A stretch of DNA of 32,000 nt from Candidatus Lokiarchaeum ossiferum. GTDB taxonomy: Archaea; Asgardarchaeota; Lokiarchaeia; Sigyniarchaeales; Promethearchaeaceae. The translations under genes were made by a program, and so were the position numbers. The notes under the pieces were generated by a model. It was not told the DNA's origin. It saw only the letters and a program-made list of their open reading frames with translations, and made no database searches. The DNA lies in NCBI GenBank assembly GCA_025839675.1, contig CP104013.1, positions 810,001 to 842,000 on the forward strand. The letters run 5' to 3'. Positions 8,634-16,795 of the stretch are shown in pieces. Positions within the stretch are counted from its first letter, which is position 1. Every line of letters begins with the position of its first letter.

Positions 8634-10292
8634 TTAAATTTCATATTTTTTCGCGTATTCTGGAAGAATCACCATAATTTCATCATCTAGTAACTTCTGA
8701 AATAGTTCAGGATGAGTTGTATGAACAGGGAAAACATATTTAGGGTGGATTGTTTGAATAATTGAAATTATTTCGTCCCCCGATGCATGCCCTGAACAAT
8801 GATACCGTTTAATATGATCTGATCCAATATCATAACGAGCGAGCCATGCTTCCAATTTACTCTGTTCAATTCTTCCTTCATCATCCCAAGGTTCACTTTT
8901 TGATAGAATGAAGTAGGAATTCCGTGGTGGTTGAAGATCAAATAAATCTAAGAAATTGTAGTAAGGAAGAAACATCAAAAATTGGTTCGGATTTTGGTGG
9001 ATTTCTTCAGCACGAATCAAGAAATCTTTCGTAAGATCAATAAAATCCGAAACTCGGGTTCTTTTTTTCTCAAGTTCAATTTCTTCCCGACGGCTAGCAG
9101 ACACTTCACACAGTTTTTTAATTGGGCTTTTAGAATAATCCAAAGGAGAATAAACCCCCCAATCCTTACGGGGTAAAAATACTCGGACATTAGAAATATC
9201 TATTTGAAAATCTATTCCTTTTGCATTCAACTCTTGTAAAATGTAATATGTGTCAGCATTGACAACTAATTTTCTATTAGCAGAGAGAGCTGCCGCATAG
9301 AAGCTAGAAAGTCTCCAAAAATCACGATTAGAGCTGGAGAAAAAGACCATTTTATCAGGATCCTTCTTATGAATTTCTTGTAATAAATCAGAAATAGATT
9401 TTTGAACTTCAGCTTCACTGTTCAAATTAGGTTCAGAATTGTTATCACTTACTCGGGTACCTTCCATGATTAAAACATCCGGACCAAATTTTTTAGCGGC
9501 GGAAATGAAATCTAAAGATTTTTGCCTTTCTGGACCATGCATTCTGATATCTCCTGAATATGCAATTTTAGTTCCAGTGATATTGTCATAGATAAGATAT
9601 CCAGCAGAACCGGGAATAGAATGATCTGTTTCAAAAATTTGAACTTTAAATCCTCCTTGGGCGCAAGGAATGTAAGCACTGGAAGAAAATCCTCGTAGAG
9701 TTCGATTAATTTGAGAACCTTTCACTTTGGTAGGACGTGTGATATCTCCATTTTTATTTGTTCCAGTTATAAAAAATGGTTTATAAGAGTAGATATTGCT
9801 TAATAATGAATTAGAAGAATAAAGATCATCAAAAATTTTTAGAAAATCAATAGTTAAAGAAGACCCAATTAATTTTATTTGAGGATCTAAATAGCGAATA
9901 TCCGAAATGTGATCACTGTGAGCATGAGAAATTAAAACTTCACTGATTTTTGGAGGATCTTCAAGATTCAAAGAAGTAAAATGAGGATGAGATTTTTGAT
10001 AGTAGGTATAATTGGATTCAATTTGAGATCGGTTGTATTTGCATAATTCTTTGCGATAAATTCCTTTTAGTGAACCTTGAGGCCAGGGAAGCATTCCGAT
10101 GAGAATTCCATCAATTAAAATCTGCTTTTGTCGGGGTTTCATGAAATCATCAAAATACTTGGTAGCGATTGAAAAATCATACCCAAAATCCAAAAGAATC
10201 CCATACCCATTTGCTGCCATGAGGCAAATCTTATTACCACCAATCGTTCCTACCCCTCCAAAAAATTCTAATATTGTTTTCTTTGTTTGCAT
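8634..10292 (-). CDS. rnj: Metallo-beta-lactamase / beta-CASP ribonuclease, RNase J-like
   Basis: Motifs: ISHAHSDHISD (HxHxDH), ETDHSIPGSAGY, YSGDIRMHG, LIMEGTR, and YHCSGHASGDE...VFPVHTTHPE. The order and wording of the motifs match RNase J-type beta-CASP enzymes. Confidence 0.75.
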   Translation of the reverse strand: MQTKKTILEFFGGVGTIGGNKICLMAANGYGILLDFGYDFSIATKYFDDFMKPRQKQILIDGILIGMLPWPQGSLKGIYRKELCKYNRSQIESNYTYYQKSHPHFTSLNLEDPPKISEVLISHAHSDHISDIRYLDPQIKLIGSSLTIDFLKIFDDLYSSNSLLSNIYSYKPFFITGTNKNGDITRPTKVKGSQINRTLRGFSSSAYIPCAQGGFKVQIFETDHSIPGSAGYLIYDNITGTKIAYSGDIRMHGPERQKSLDFISAAKKFGPDVLIMEGTRVSDNNSEPNLNSEAEVQKSISDLLQEIHKKDPDKMVFFSSSNRDFWRLSSFYAAALSANRKLVVNADTYYILQELNAKGIDFQIDISNVRVFLPRKDWGVYSPLDYSKSPIKKLCEVSASRREEIELEKKRTRVSDFIDLTKDFLIRAEEIHQNPNQFLMFLPYYNFLDLFDLQPPRNSYFILSKSEPWDDEGRIEQSKLEAWLARYDIGSDHIKRYHCSGHASGDEIISIIQTIHPKYVFPVHTTHPELFQKLLDDEIMVILPEYAKKYEI

Positions 10293-10417
10293 AGAAAATC
10301 CCGATACAATTTTTGTAATTGTCTAAAAAAGTATAATATTTTAAAGTATTATCAAAGGACATTTAAATATTTCATCCTTAGCATTTTTCTTATTTTTCTA
10401 TAGCGAGTCTTGCTAAA

Positions 10418-11482
10418 TTATTCCCATACCCGTTTATATTCGGGATTTTTAATCTCCGAAATCTCACCAGCAACATCGGTGAGAAATAAATCAGTTATTT
10501 CTTGAATAGTCGCTTTCGGAAAATTGCCAAGAATCCACATGAGTTTAGTCAAAGCAGTTTCACTAATCATATCATAACCGGGGATCGAACCAGCCATCAT
10601 TGCTTTTTTACCTGCTTCATAAATCATCATCCATGAAAATCCTACTGCACATTGAGAACATACAATAATCGGAACGCCTTTTTGTGTTGCAGATTTTATT
10701 TCATCGATCAGAGAATTTTCATATATGGGAATGTTCCCACTTCCGAATCCTTCCGTGATAATACCTTTATAGCCGATTTCAATAAGCTTCGGTATGATTT
10801 CTGGATTATAACCAGGAGTTATTTTTTGAATACATACTTCAATTTCCATCTTATCAAAGAATAATGGCATTTGGGTTGAGGTTTCAGTCTCTTGGTTGGA
10901 GTTATAATGTTCTCCAGTATACCGAATACTTTGTTCAATTAACCCCAATGGAGACATTCCAATACTATGGTAGGCATCAAATTCCAATTCACGAAATTTC
11001 TTTGTTCTATTGCCACGCATAATTTTTCCATTAAAAACAATTACAACTTCATGAATACGGGATTCGGTGGCCACACGAAGAGAATCAATGACGTTTCGCT
11101 TTGCATCTGTTCCGATTTCTTGAGGGGGGACCATGGCACCAGTTAAAATGACAGGTTTTGTTAATTTTTGGATTAAAAAAGAGAGAGCTGAAGCGGTATA
11201 ATGCATTGTATCACTGCCATGTATAATGACAAACCCATCGAATAATTTGTAATTTGATTTAATGGTTTCAGCTATTTTAACCCAATATTTAGGTTGCATC
11301 CCAACAGAATCAATTTTAAAGAGATTTAAGGTTTTAATTGAGGCAAGCTGTTGAATTTCGGGAATGAAGTTCATCAATTCGTCTTCATTAATTTCTCCCG
11401 GTTTCCAAGCACCATCAACCATTTTTGCAGTGATAGTTCCACCTGTTCCAATCAAGAGAATTTTTTTAAAAGATTTTTTCAT
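10418..11482 (-). CDS. ansA: L-asparaginase, type I (asparaginase/GatD superfamily)
   Basis: The N-terminus ILLIGTGGTITA carries the asparaginase threonine motif, followed by HGSDTMHYTASALSF. At 354 aa it lacks the extra N-terminal domain of GatD. Confidence 0.75.
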   Translation of the reverse strand: MKKSFKKILLIGTGGTITAKMVDGAWKPGEINEDELMNFIPEIQQLASIKTLNLFKIDSVGMQPKYWVKIAETIKSNYKLFDGFVIIHGSDTMHYTASALSFLIQKLTKPVILTGAMVPPQEIGTDAKRNVIDSLRVATESRIHEVVIVFNGKIMRGNRTKKFRELEFDAYHSIGMSPLGLIEQSIRYTGEHYNSNQETETSTQMPLFFDKMEIEVCIQKITPGYNPEIIPKLIEIGYKGIITEGFGSGNIPIYENSLIDEIKSATQKGVPIIVCSQCAVGFSWMMIYEAGKKAMMAGSIPGYDMISETALTKLMWILGNFPKATIQEITDLFLTDVAGEISEIKNPEYKRVWE

Positions 11483-11519
11483 TGGTTATTGAGATAAATA
11501 TTTTGCTTAGTTGAAAATT

Positions 11520-12434
11520 TTAGGTTTTTTTATTTGCATCTAGTTTTTTTTCAAATAAGACAATGCCCGATGGATGTGGGAAATCAACCCAATGGAACCC
11601 GAGATTTTGCATACTCGATCTGAGCTGTGGGGGGAAAAATATCTCTGCGCTTTTAACAGATTGATCTTCTTGTTTTTCATTTATTTCAGCTATTAAAAGA
11701 CTCCTTGCTCCTTCAGGATCACCATACATTATATACCAGTATTCGTATTGAGGGGATTCATTAGATGAAGATGAACTTATCATGCGATGAATTTGAATCA
11801 AAGAATTGGTATTTCGTTTCCAAATATAAGAAGAAGAATTTTTATTTAATTGGGCCAGTGTAAATGGTACATAACTCCATCCCATATTTATCTCATCTTT
11901 TGGACCATTTTCAATTGTTTTTAGAAATTCATATGCTTCTGTTGCTGATATTGAAATGGAAGGACCAAATTTGTTAGAAGATGGTAGAAAGATAAGCTCT
12001 TCTTTTTTTGCGAACATTGTATCATGATAATCTTTACGATAAAACCCATGGGCTTCAGCTAACTTACACGAACCATGATTTTCAGTCCATGTATCATATT
12101 GAGCAAATTTGGCTCCATGGGTTTCAGCATAATCAAGAGCATATTTTGACACACTGAACCCGATCCCCTGTTTTTGATATTCAAAGGCAACTCTCCCACC
12201 TTGAATCCACACTAAACTATCTGATAACCACTTGATTCGCCCAGTTCCAACTAGTTCAGTCTTTTCAGGATCTAAAAATGCCCCAAAATTATTAGATTTA
12301 GGATCATCTAGCCAGAGACCGATGATATTTGGCATATAATCTTCTCCATCCCAAATTTTTTTACACATTTCATTGATGGCAGGAATATCTTCTCGGGTTA
12401 ATTCTCTATAATAAAGGGTTAGAGCTTTCTTCAT
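11520..12434 (-). CDS. GNAT-family N-acetyltransferase (two-domain)
   Basis: An acetyl-CoA-binding-type motif in RVAFEYQKQGIGFSVSKYALDYAETHGA (Q/R-x-x-G-x-G/A) sits within a GNAT-like beta-alpha context. The substrate is unknown. Confidence 0.6.
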   Translation of the reverse strand: MKKALTLYYRELTREDIPAINEMCKKIWDGEDYMPNIIGLWLDDPKSNNFGAFLDPEKTELVGTGRIKWLSDSLVWIQGGRVAFEYQKQGIGFSVSKYALDYAETHGAKFAQYDTWTENHGSCKLAEAHGFYRKDYHDTMFAKKEELIFLPSSNKFGPSISISATEAYEFLKTIENGPKDEINMGWSYVPFTLAQLNKNSSSYIWKRNTNSLIQIHRMISSSSSNESPQYEYWYIMYGDPEGARSLLIAEINEKQEDQSVKSAEIFFPPQLRSSMQNLGFHWVDFPHPSGIVLFEKKLDANKKT

Positions 12435-12530
12435 AGTTAATATTGTATATTTCCGACTAAATTAAAAAGCTATTTTTTGGAAACTGAAAATTTAAACATA
12501 ATTCGGTTTTAAGCTAATATACTGATTTAA

Positions 12531-13775
12531 ATGACAACCAAACTAGTCGAACGATTCCTAAAATATGTAAAAATTGACACCAAAAGCCAAGAAGGGGTAG
12601 AAACAATCCCAAGTACCGAGAAACAATTTAATTTGGCCAATCTTTTAGTGGAAGAATTGAAAGCAATTGGATTAGAAGATGCTCGGGTAGATGAGCACTG
12701 TGTTGTTATAGCCACCCTTCCTTCTAATATCGAAGAAGATATCACTTCAAATATCCCCACAATTTGCTTTAACGCCCACATCGACACAGCTCCAGCAGTC
12801 TCAGGAAAAGATGTTAAACCAATTATAACAAAATATACCGGTGATGATATTATTTTACCCCGAGACACTTCTCTACGCATTTCAGTGAAGGAAATTCCAG
12901 AATTAAAGGATTATATTGGCACCGATTTAATTCATACAGATGGAACAACCTTATTAGGCGCGGATGATAAAGCAGGAATTGCGGAAATAATGACAGCTAT
13001 TGACGAATTAGTTCATACACCCGAAAAGAAACATGGAACGATTAAAGTGATGTTTACTCCCGATGAAGAAGTGGGAAAAGGTGCAGATGCTGTAGATATT
13101 GAAAAACTTGGGGCAAAATATGCGTATACTATTGACGGTGGTTCTATGGGAGGATATGAAACCGAATGCTTTAATGCAGCGGGAGGAAAAATCATTATTG
13201 GAGGATATGGTGTGCATCCAGGATCAGCCTATGGGAAAATGATTAACAGCCTCCGAATTATCCCCGAAGTGTTAAGTATTTTTCCAAACGATCAAGCTCC
13301 GGAAACAACTCAAGGGTTTGAAAGTTATTATCACCCTGATGCAATTAGTGGTCAAGTAGATGGAACAACAATTGAATTTATACTTCGTAATTTTGAGAGC
13401 CAAGGGTTAGAAGACCAAATTACTTATATCAAAAATGAAATCGCAAAAATCCAAAAAAATCATCCAGAAACCACAATTTCTGTAGAAATTGCAAAATCTT
13501 ACCGAAATATGAAAGAAATATTAGATTTACAACCAATAGTGGCCCAAATTGCAAGTGAAGCAATAGAACGAGCAGGATTGGAAGTTAGAAAAGATCCTAT
13601 CCGTGGTGGAACTGACGGAGCACGATTTTCCTTTATGGGATTACCTACACCGAACATCTTTACAGGTGGGTTTAATTATCATAGTAAAAAAGAATTTATC
13701 TCAATTCTCGGAATGGAAAAAGCGGTTGAAACCATTCTTAATATTATCGATCTTTACGTTGAAAATTTTCAATAA
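12531..13775 (+). CDS. pepT: Peptidase T (tripeptide aminopeptidase, M20B)
   Basis: Motifs: N-terminus LVERFLKYVKIDTKS, then HIDTAP, GADDKAGIAEIM, TPDEEVGKGA, and GGTDGARFS. This is the canonical PepT motif set and length (414 aa). Confidence 0.9.
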   Translation: MTTKLVERFLKYVKIDTKSQEGVETIPSTEKQFNLANLLVEELKAIGLEDARVDEHCVVIATLPSNIEEDITSNIPTICFNAHIDTAPAVSGKDVKPIITKYTGDDIILPRDTSLRISVKEIPELKDYIGTDLIHTDGTTLLGADDKAGIAEIMTAIDELVHTPEKKHGTIKVMFTPDEEVGKGADAVDIEKLGAKYAYTIDGGSMGGYETECFNAAGGKIIIGGYGVHPGSAYGKMINSLRIIPEVLSIFPNDQAPETTQGFESYYHPDAISGQVDGTTIEFILRNFESQGLEDQITYIKNEIAKIQKNHPETTISVEIAKSYRNMKEILDLQPIVAQIASEAIERAGLEVRKDPIRGGTDGARFSFMGLPTPNIFTGGFNYHSKKEFISILGMEKAVETILNIIDLYVENFQ

Positions 13776-13809
13776 AAATATTGTGAGATTGGCACTCAAA
13801 TAGAGGAGT

Positions 13810-15780
13810 TTATCGTTTTTTTAATTCTTCCTGAATTATTTCAATGTATGGATATAATCGCTCTGGTAACAAGTTTTTTTCTTCATTTTCTTTCAAGTAT
13901 TCAACCAATTGCATGGATTTTTCCACTTTCCCTCCATAAAAACTGATTTCATCTGCTAAAAACTCCTCGAAAATACCCTCAAAATCATCCATCAAAATAA
14001 AAACATGATATTTATGCAGGATGTTGCGTAAAAGTTCTAATTTTTCATGAAATTCAATAGATAAATGATCTTCCATTAAGATAATTTCCGCACATAATTC
14101 GGAAATTTCGGAAGGAAAGATTGCTCGATTTTTATATATAATACTGCGTTTGAAAAGAGATGGTGTAATGATGTCACCCGCTTTAACACCTAATGCATCA
14201 TTGTCTAAAAAAAACCAATATTTTTTGTGCAATTGACGAGCAAACTTCCAAAACGCACCAAAAGAACCTTTTCCGTGTAGATTGATTAATGAGAGATTAT
14301 TAAGATCTAAATCAAGGCCATAAGCTCGGAAAAAGTAAGGAAATGCCATTTCTTCACTTGGTCCCTCAACAAATATCAATCCATCGGCAAAAATCGAATC
14401 CCGGTTTCGAATAGAAAAATTACGTTTTAAGCGATAATAATCCTTTGAACTCCGCGGAAGATCAATTTTTCGAACTTCTGTAATTCCATGACTTAATTCG
14501 AATAGTCGAAGATAATACAGATCATCGGGCTGAAAAAAATAAGGAGAATGAGTAATAATGACCACATGATGCTTATTTTTTAGAGAAAATTCTTTAATTA
14601 AATTATAAAGATGTCTCTGGGAATGTGGATGGAGTTGAAATTCTGGAAAATCAATCATAATAAATTTTCTTGTTTCAACTATAAAATAATACAAAAAATT
14701 CAACATTTCCGTTATACCCACCCCAATCGAGTCAAAATTGGTGATGATTGCATTTGTAGATGTCTGATAATATTTAATATAAGGCCCATCTTTGTCTTGT
14801 GCAATCCCAAAGACCAGATCTAAATCTTCAAACATTGCTTGAAAATGTATTTGTAATTCATGATATCGTCCCCAAAATTCGGGAGAATTTAAAGCTTCCA
14901 TCCTTAAATGATTCAGTTTTTCTGCTAAGATTCGATTTAAAGCAGAAGGCAAATCTGGATGATAAGCTTCCATAGTAAATAGATCAGATTCCATAATTTT
15001 AATTCCTTCAGAAAGAACTAAACTATCATTAAAAAAAGAGTAAATCTTCTCAAGAGTTTCTCCTGTAAAAATAAATTTATCCGGTTTTTCAAAAAAATAG
15101 TCAAATAGTTGAGAAAGAACAGAACGGATATCCATTTTTGGGGAATTATTTTTTTTTTCTTGAATAAAGTTCCAGATGAATTCATCCCACAATTGAGATT
15201 CGCGATAGTGATGAATATCTCGATGCCGTAAGTTTTGGATGAAAGATCGACCATCTGCAGTATTTACTAAAATGATATTATTAAATTGAATGGAATAATT
15301 AACTTCTTGCTTTACATCAGAAAATCGAATGAATTCAATTCGCAGAAGACATACTTTATCGGGAAAATATTTATCAAAAATTGATTCGAGGTGCTTATAA
15401 GATATATCTGATAATTGAGAAACATCAAAAGGGAAAGAAACATCATCTTTAAAATCCAAATTCAAAATTTCCCGGATGGGTAATAAAAACCATTGATCAA
15501 ATAGGAAGGCTATTTGTTCCTCATCCAATTTGATATTGATCCGAATTTTTAAAGGACGTTCAACACCCGTTTCATTATTATACCAATTATTTTTTGATAA
15601 AATATGATTAGATTCCAAGGGAGAATTGTTAAATTTCAATTCCTCTAAAAGTTTCAATAAATTTGATTTTCCACTATGATTCTTTCCTACAAAGAAAACC
15701 ACGTTACTATCTAAATCAATAGATTGGGATTTCACCCCAAAGGATCTAAAGTTTTGAACATCAAATCTACGAATTTCCAT
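13810..15780 (-). CDS. OLD-family nuclease: N-terminal ABC/AAA_15-like ATPase fused to C-terminal Toprim domain
   Basis: The track start (15792) is TTG; ATG at 15780 gives MEIRRFDVQNFRSFG. Motifs: Walker A FFVGKNHSGKSNLL, signature-like SIGVGITEML, Walker-B region FIMIDFPEFQLHP, ITHSP. Toprim motifs: LIFVEGPSEEMAFPYF and FFLDNDALG (E ... DxD). Confidence 0.8.
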   Translation of the reverse strand: MEIRRFDVQNFRSFGVKSQSIDLDSNVVFFVGKNHSGKSNLLKLLEELKFNNSPLESNHILSKNNWYNNETGVERPLKIRINIKLDEEQIAFLFDQWFLLPIREILNLDFKDDVSFPFDVSQLSDISYKHLESIFDKYFPDKVCLLRIEFIRFSDVKQEVNYSIQFNNIILVNTADGRSFIQNLRHRDIHHYRESQLWDEFIWNFIQEKKNNSPKMDIRSVLSQLFDYFFEKPDKFIFTGETLEKIYSFFNDSLVLSEGIKIMESDLFTMEAYHPDLPSALNRILAEKLNHLRMEALNSPEFWGRYHELQIHFQAMFEDLDLVFGIAQDKDGPYIKYYQTSTNAIITNFDSIGVGITEMLNFLYYFIVETRKFIMIDFPEFQLHPHSQRHLYNLIKEFSLKNKHHVVIITHSPYFFQPDDLYYLRLFELSHGITEVRKIDLPRSSKDYYRLKRNFSIRNRDSIFADGLIFVEGPSEEMAFPYFFRAYGLDLDLNNLSLINLHGKGSFGAFWKFARQLHKKYWFFLDNDALGVKAGDIITPSLFKRSIIYKNRAIFPSEISELCAEIILMEDHLSIEFHEKLELLRNILHKYHVFILMDDFEGIFEEFLADEISFYGGKVEKSMQLVEYLKENEEKNLLPERLYPYIEIIQEELKKR

Positions 15781-15892
15781 ACTATAACCCAATAATGTTT
15801 AAAAAATCCACTGTTTTAAACTTAGAGGTGATCCTATTAATAGAAAAAGCGATTTAAATAGACATTGACAATTAAAAAAATATTATTTTATA

Positions 15893-16162
15893 TCAATGGC
15901 TAAGAGAATGAGCGTTGATCTGAAAAAGCGATTTTTTAATCTCATCAAATTGCGATTGAACCCAAGAAAGCATAAGTTCACAATCATTCTTTTCTGCGTT
16001 TAATTCTGGAGTGGCTCCAAAGAAATTAATTTGATAGGCAATATTTTCGAGTCGTTTTTCAGTTTCAAGAAGCTCGGTAGAGAGATTGTCAAACATATAA
16101 CTTAAGTCCTCACGTTTTCCATCCATTGCTTTGAGAACTTTTTTTTTTGTGAAGATAGGCAT
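15893..16162 (-). CDS. Small (89 aa) predicted helical/coiled-coil protein, unknown function, upstream of the OLD nuclease
   Basis: The track ORF begins at a TTG (16267). An internal ATG at 16162 is preceded on the minus strand by GGAG (16174..16171) with an 8-nt spacer. Product: MPIFTKKKVLKAMDGKREDLSYMFDNLSTELLETEKRLENIAYQ... No family recognised. Confidence 0.4.
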   Translation of the reverse strand: MPIFTKKKVLKAMDGKREDLSYMFDNLSTELLETEKRLENIAYQINFFGATPELNAEKNDCELMLSWVQSQFDEIKKSLFQINAHSLSH

Positions 16163-16202
16163 GATTTTAACTCCTCGATTTCCTAATATCTTAATCGTTT
16201 GA

Positions 16203-16216
16203 TTATTTATAAAATA
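16203..16216 (-). promoter_or_regulatory. TATA-box-like element upstream of the 89-aa ORF
   Basis: The minus strand reads TATTTTATAAATAA about 45 nt upstream of the ATG at 16162. This would place a TSS ~20 nt upstream of the start, leaving the GGAG inside the leader. Confidence 0.3.
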
Positions 16217-16795
16217 TCCTTCTTGGAAAATTTCTAGATTAATTAACAATATGCGAGTTTTATTCAAACAGTTATCTATGTAAAGATTTAAATAAAATCG
16301 TTTGATTTGCCGATAATAATCTTAATTCACTTTTTATCTAAGAATATAGACTATTAAATTTATTGCTTTTTTTTGATAAAATGGAATAATTCCAAAATAT
16401 ACATTAATGTAAGGAAGACCTTTATTCCGCTATTAATACCCACTATAGAAATTCAAAAATTTGGGATAAAAAATGAGTATTGAAAGTTTTTAATAATAAC
16501 AAAATGATGAGTGATTAAATTAGATCAAACAAATGTACTCATGAAATTATTGCATTCTTGGACCATAAAAGATGAATTTTCTTCATTTGGAGTGATTTTA
16601 TGGACGATTATACTTAAACTTAAAAAGTCAAAATTGCATGGTTGGACATAACATTTCAATAATTAAGATAATTGAAAAATAATACGAATTTGAGAGGCAT
16701 ATGACAAATCTACTAATTTGGGTTGGAAACAATTATTTAGGAGAGGTTGGGATATAGCTTTTCAAACAACTTTTTTTTTTGATAGAGTGGTTAAA

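Noticed and set aside
12527-12880. 117-aa ORF antisense to the 5' end of pepT
   Set aside because: It lies entirely inside the strongly supported PepT CDS on the opposite strand and has no recognisable motifs. The other short track ORFs nested in or antisense to long CDSs are rejected for the same reason: 1837..2052, 3626..3856, 4367..4729, 7164..7358, 7914..8217, 8982..9176, 10099..10326, 10652..10864, 13008..13217, 13603..13803, 14611..14823, 15018..15254, 21701..21907, 23537..23746, 24847..25056, 26778..27029, 27547..27768, 28033..28272 and 29425..29616.
15825-15834. GAGGTGATCC, a perfect Shine-Dalgarno/anti-16S-3'-end match on the plus strand between the OLD gene and the small ORF
   Set aside because: No ATG, GTG or TTG-initiated ORF of meaningful length follows it on the plus strand. 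On the minus (coding) strand it reads GGATCACCTC, which has the same sense as the 16S 3' end and is not an SD. It is probably a chance match.
16718-16795. TTG-initiated N-terminal extension of the giant protein (MGWKQLFRRGWDIAFQTTFFFDRVVK...)
   Set aside because: The track start is TTG. The ATG at 16796 gives a canonical signal peptide (KKK n-region, hydrophobic core, VQG cleavage-like site). Similar TTG or GTG over-extensions were trimmed at 15792 to 15780, 16267 to 16162, 31871 to 31829 and 29770 to 29761, and the overlapping ATG at 6881 was moved to 6926.
13810-16795. Possibility that the OLD module is carried on a recognisable mobile element
   Set aside because: I found no integrase, transposase or recombinase gene, no flanking inverted or direct repeats, no adjacent tRNA, and no obvious shift in base composition. 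The accessory character is inferred only from gene content and the long spacer.
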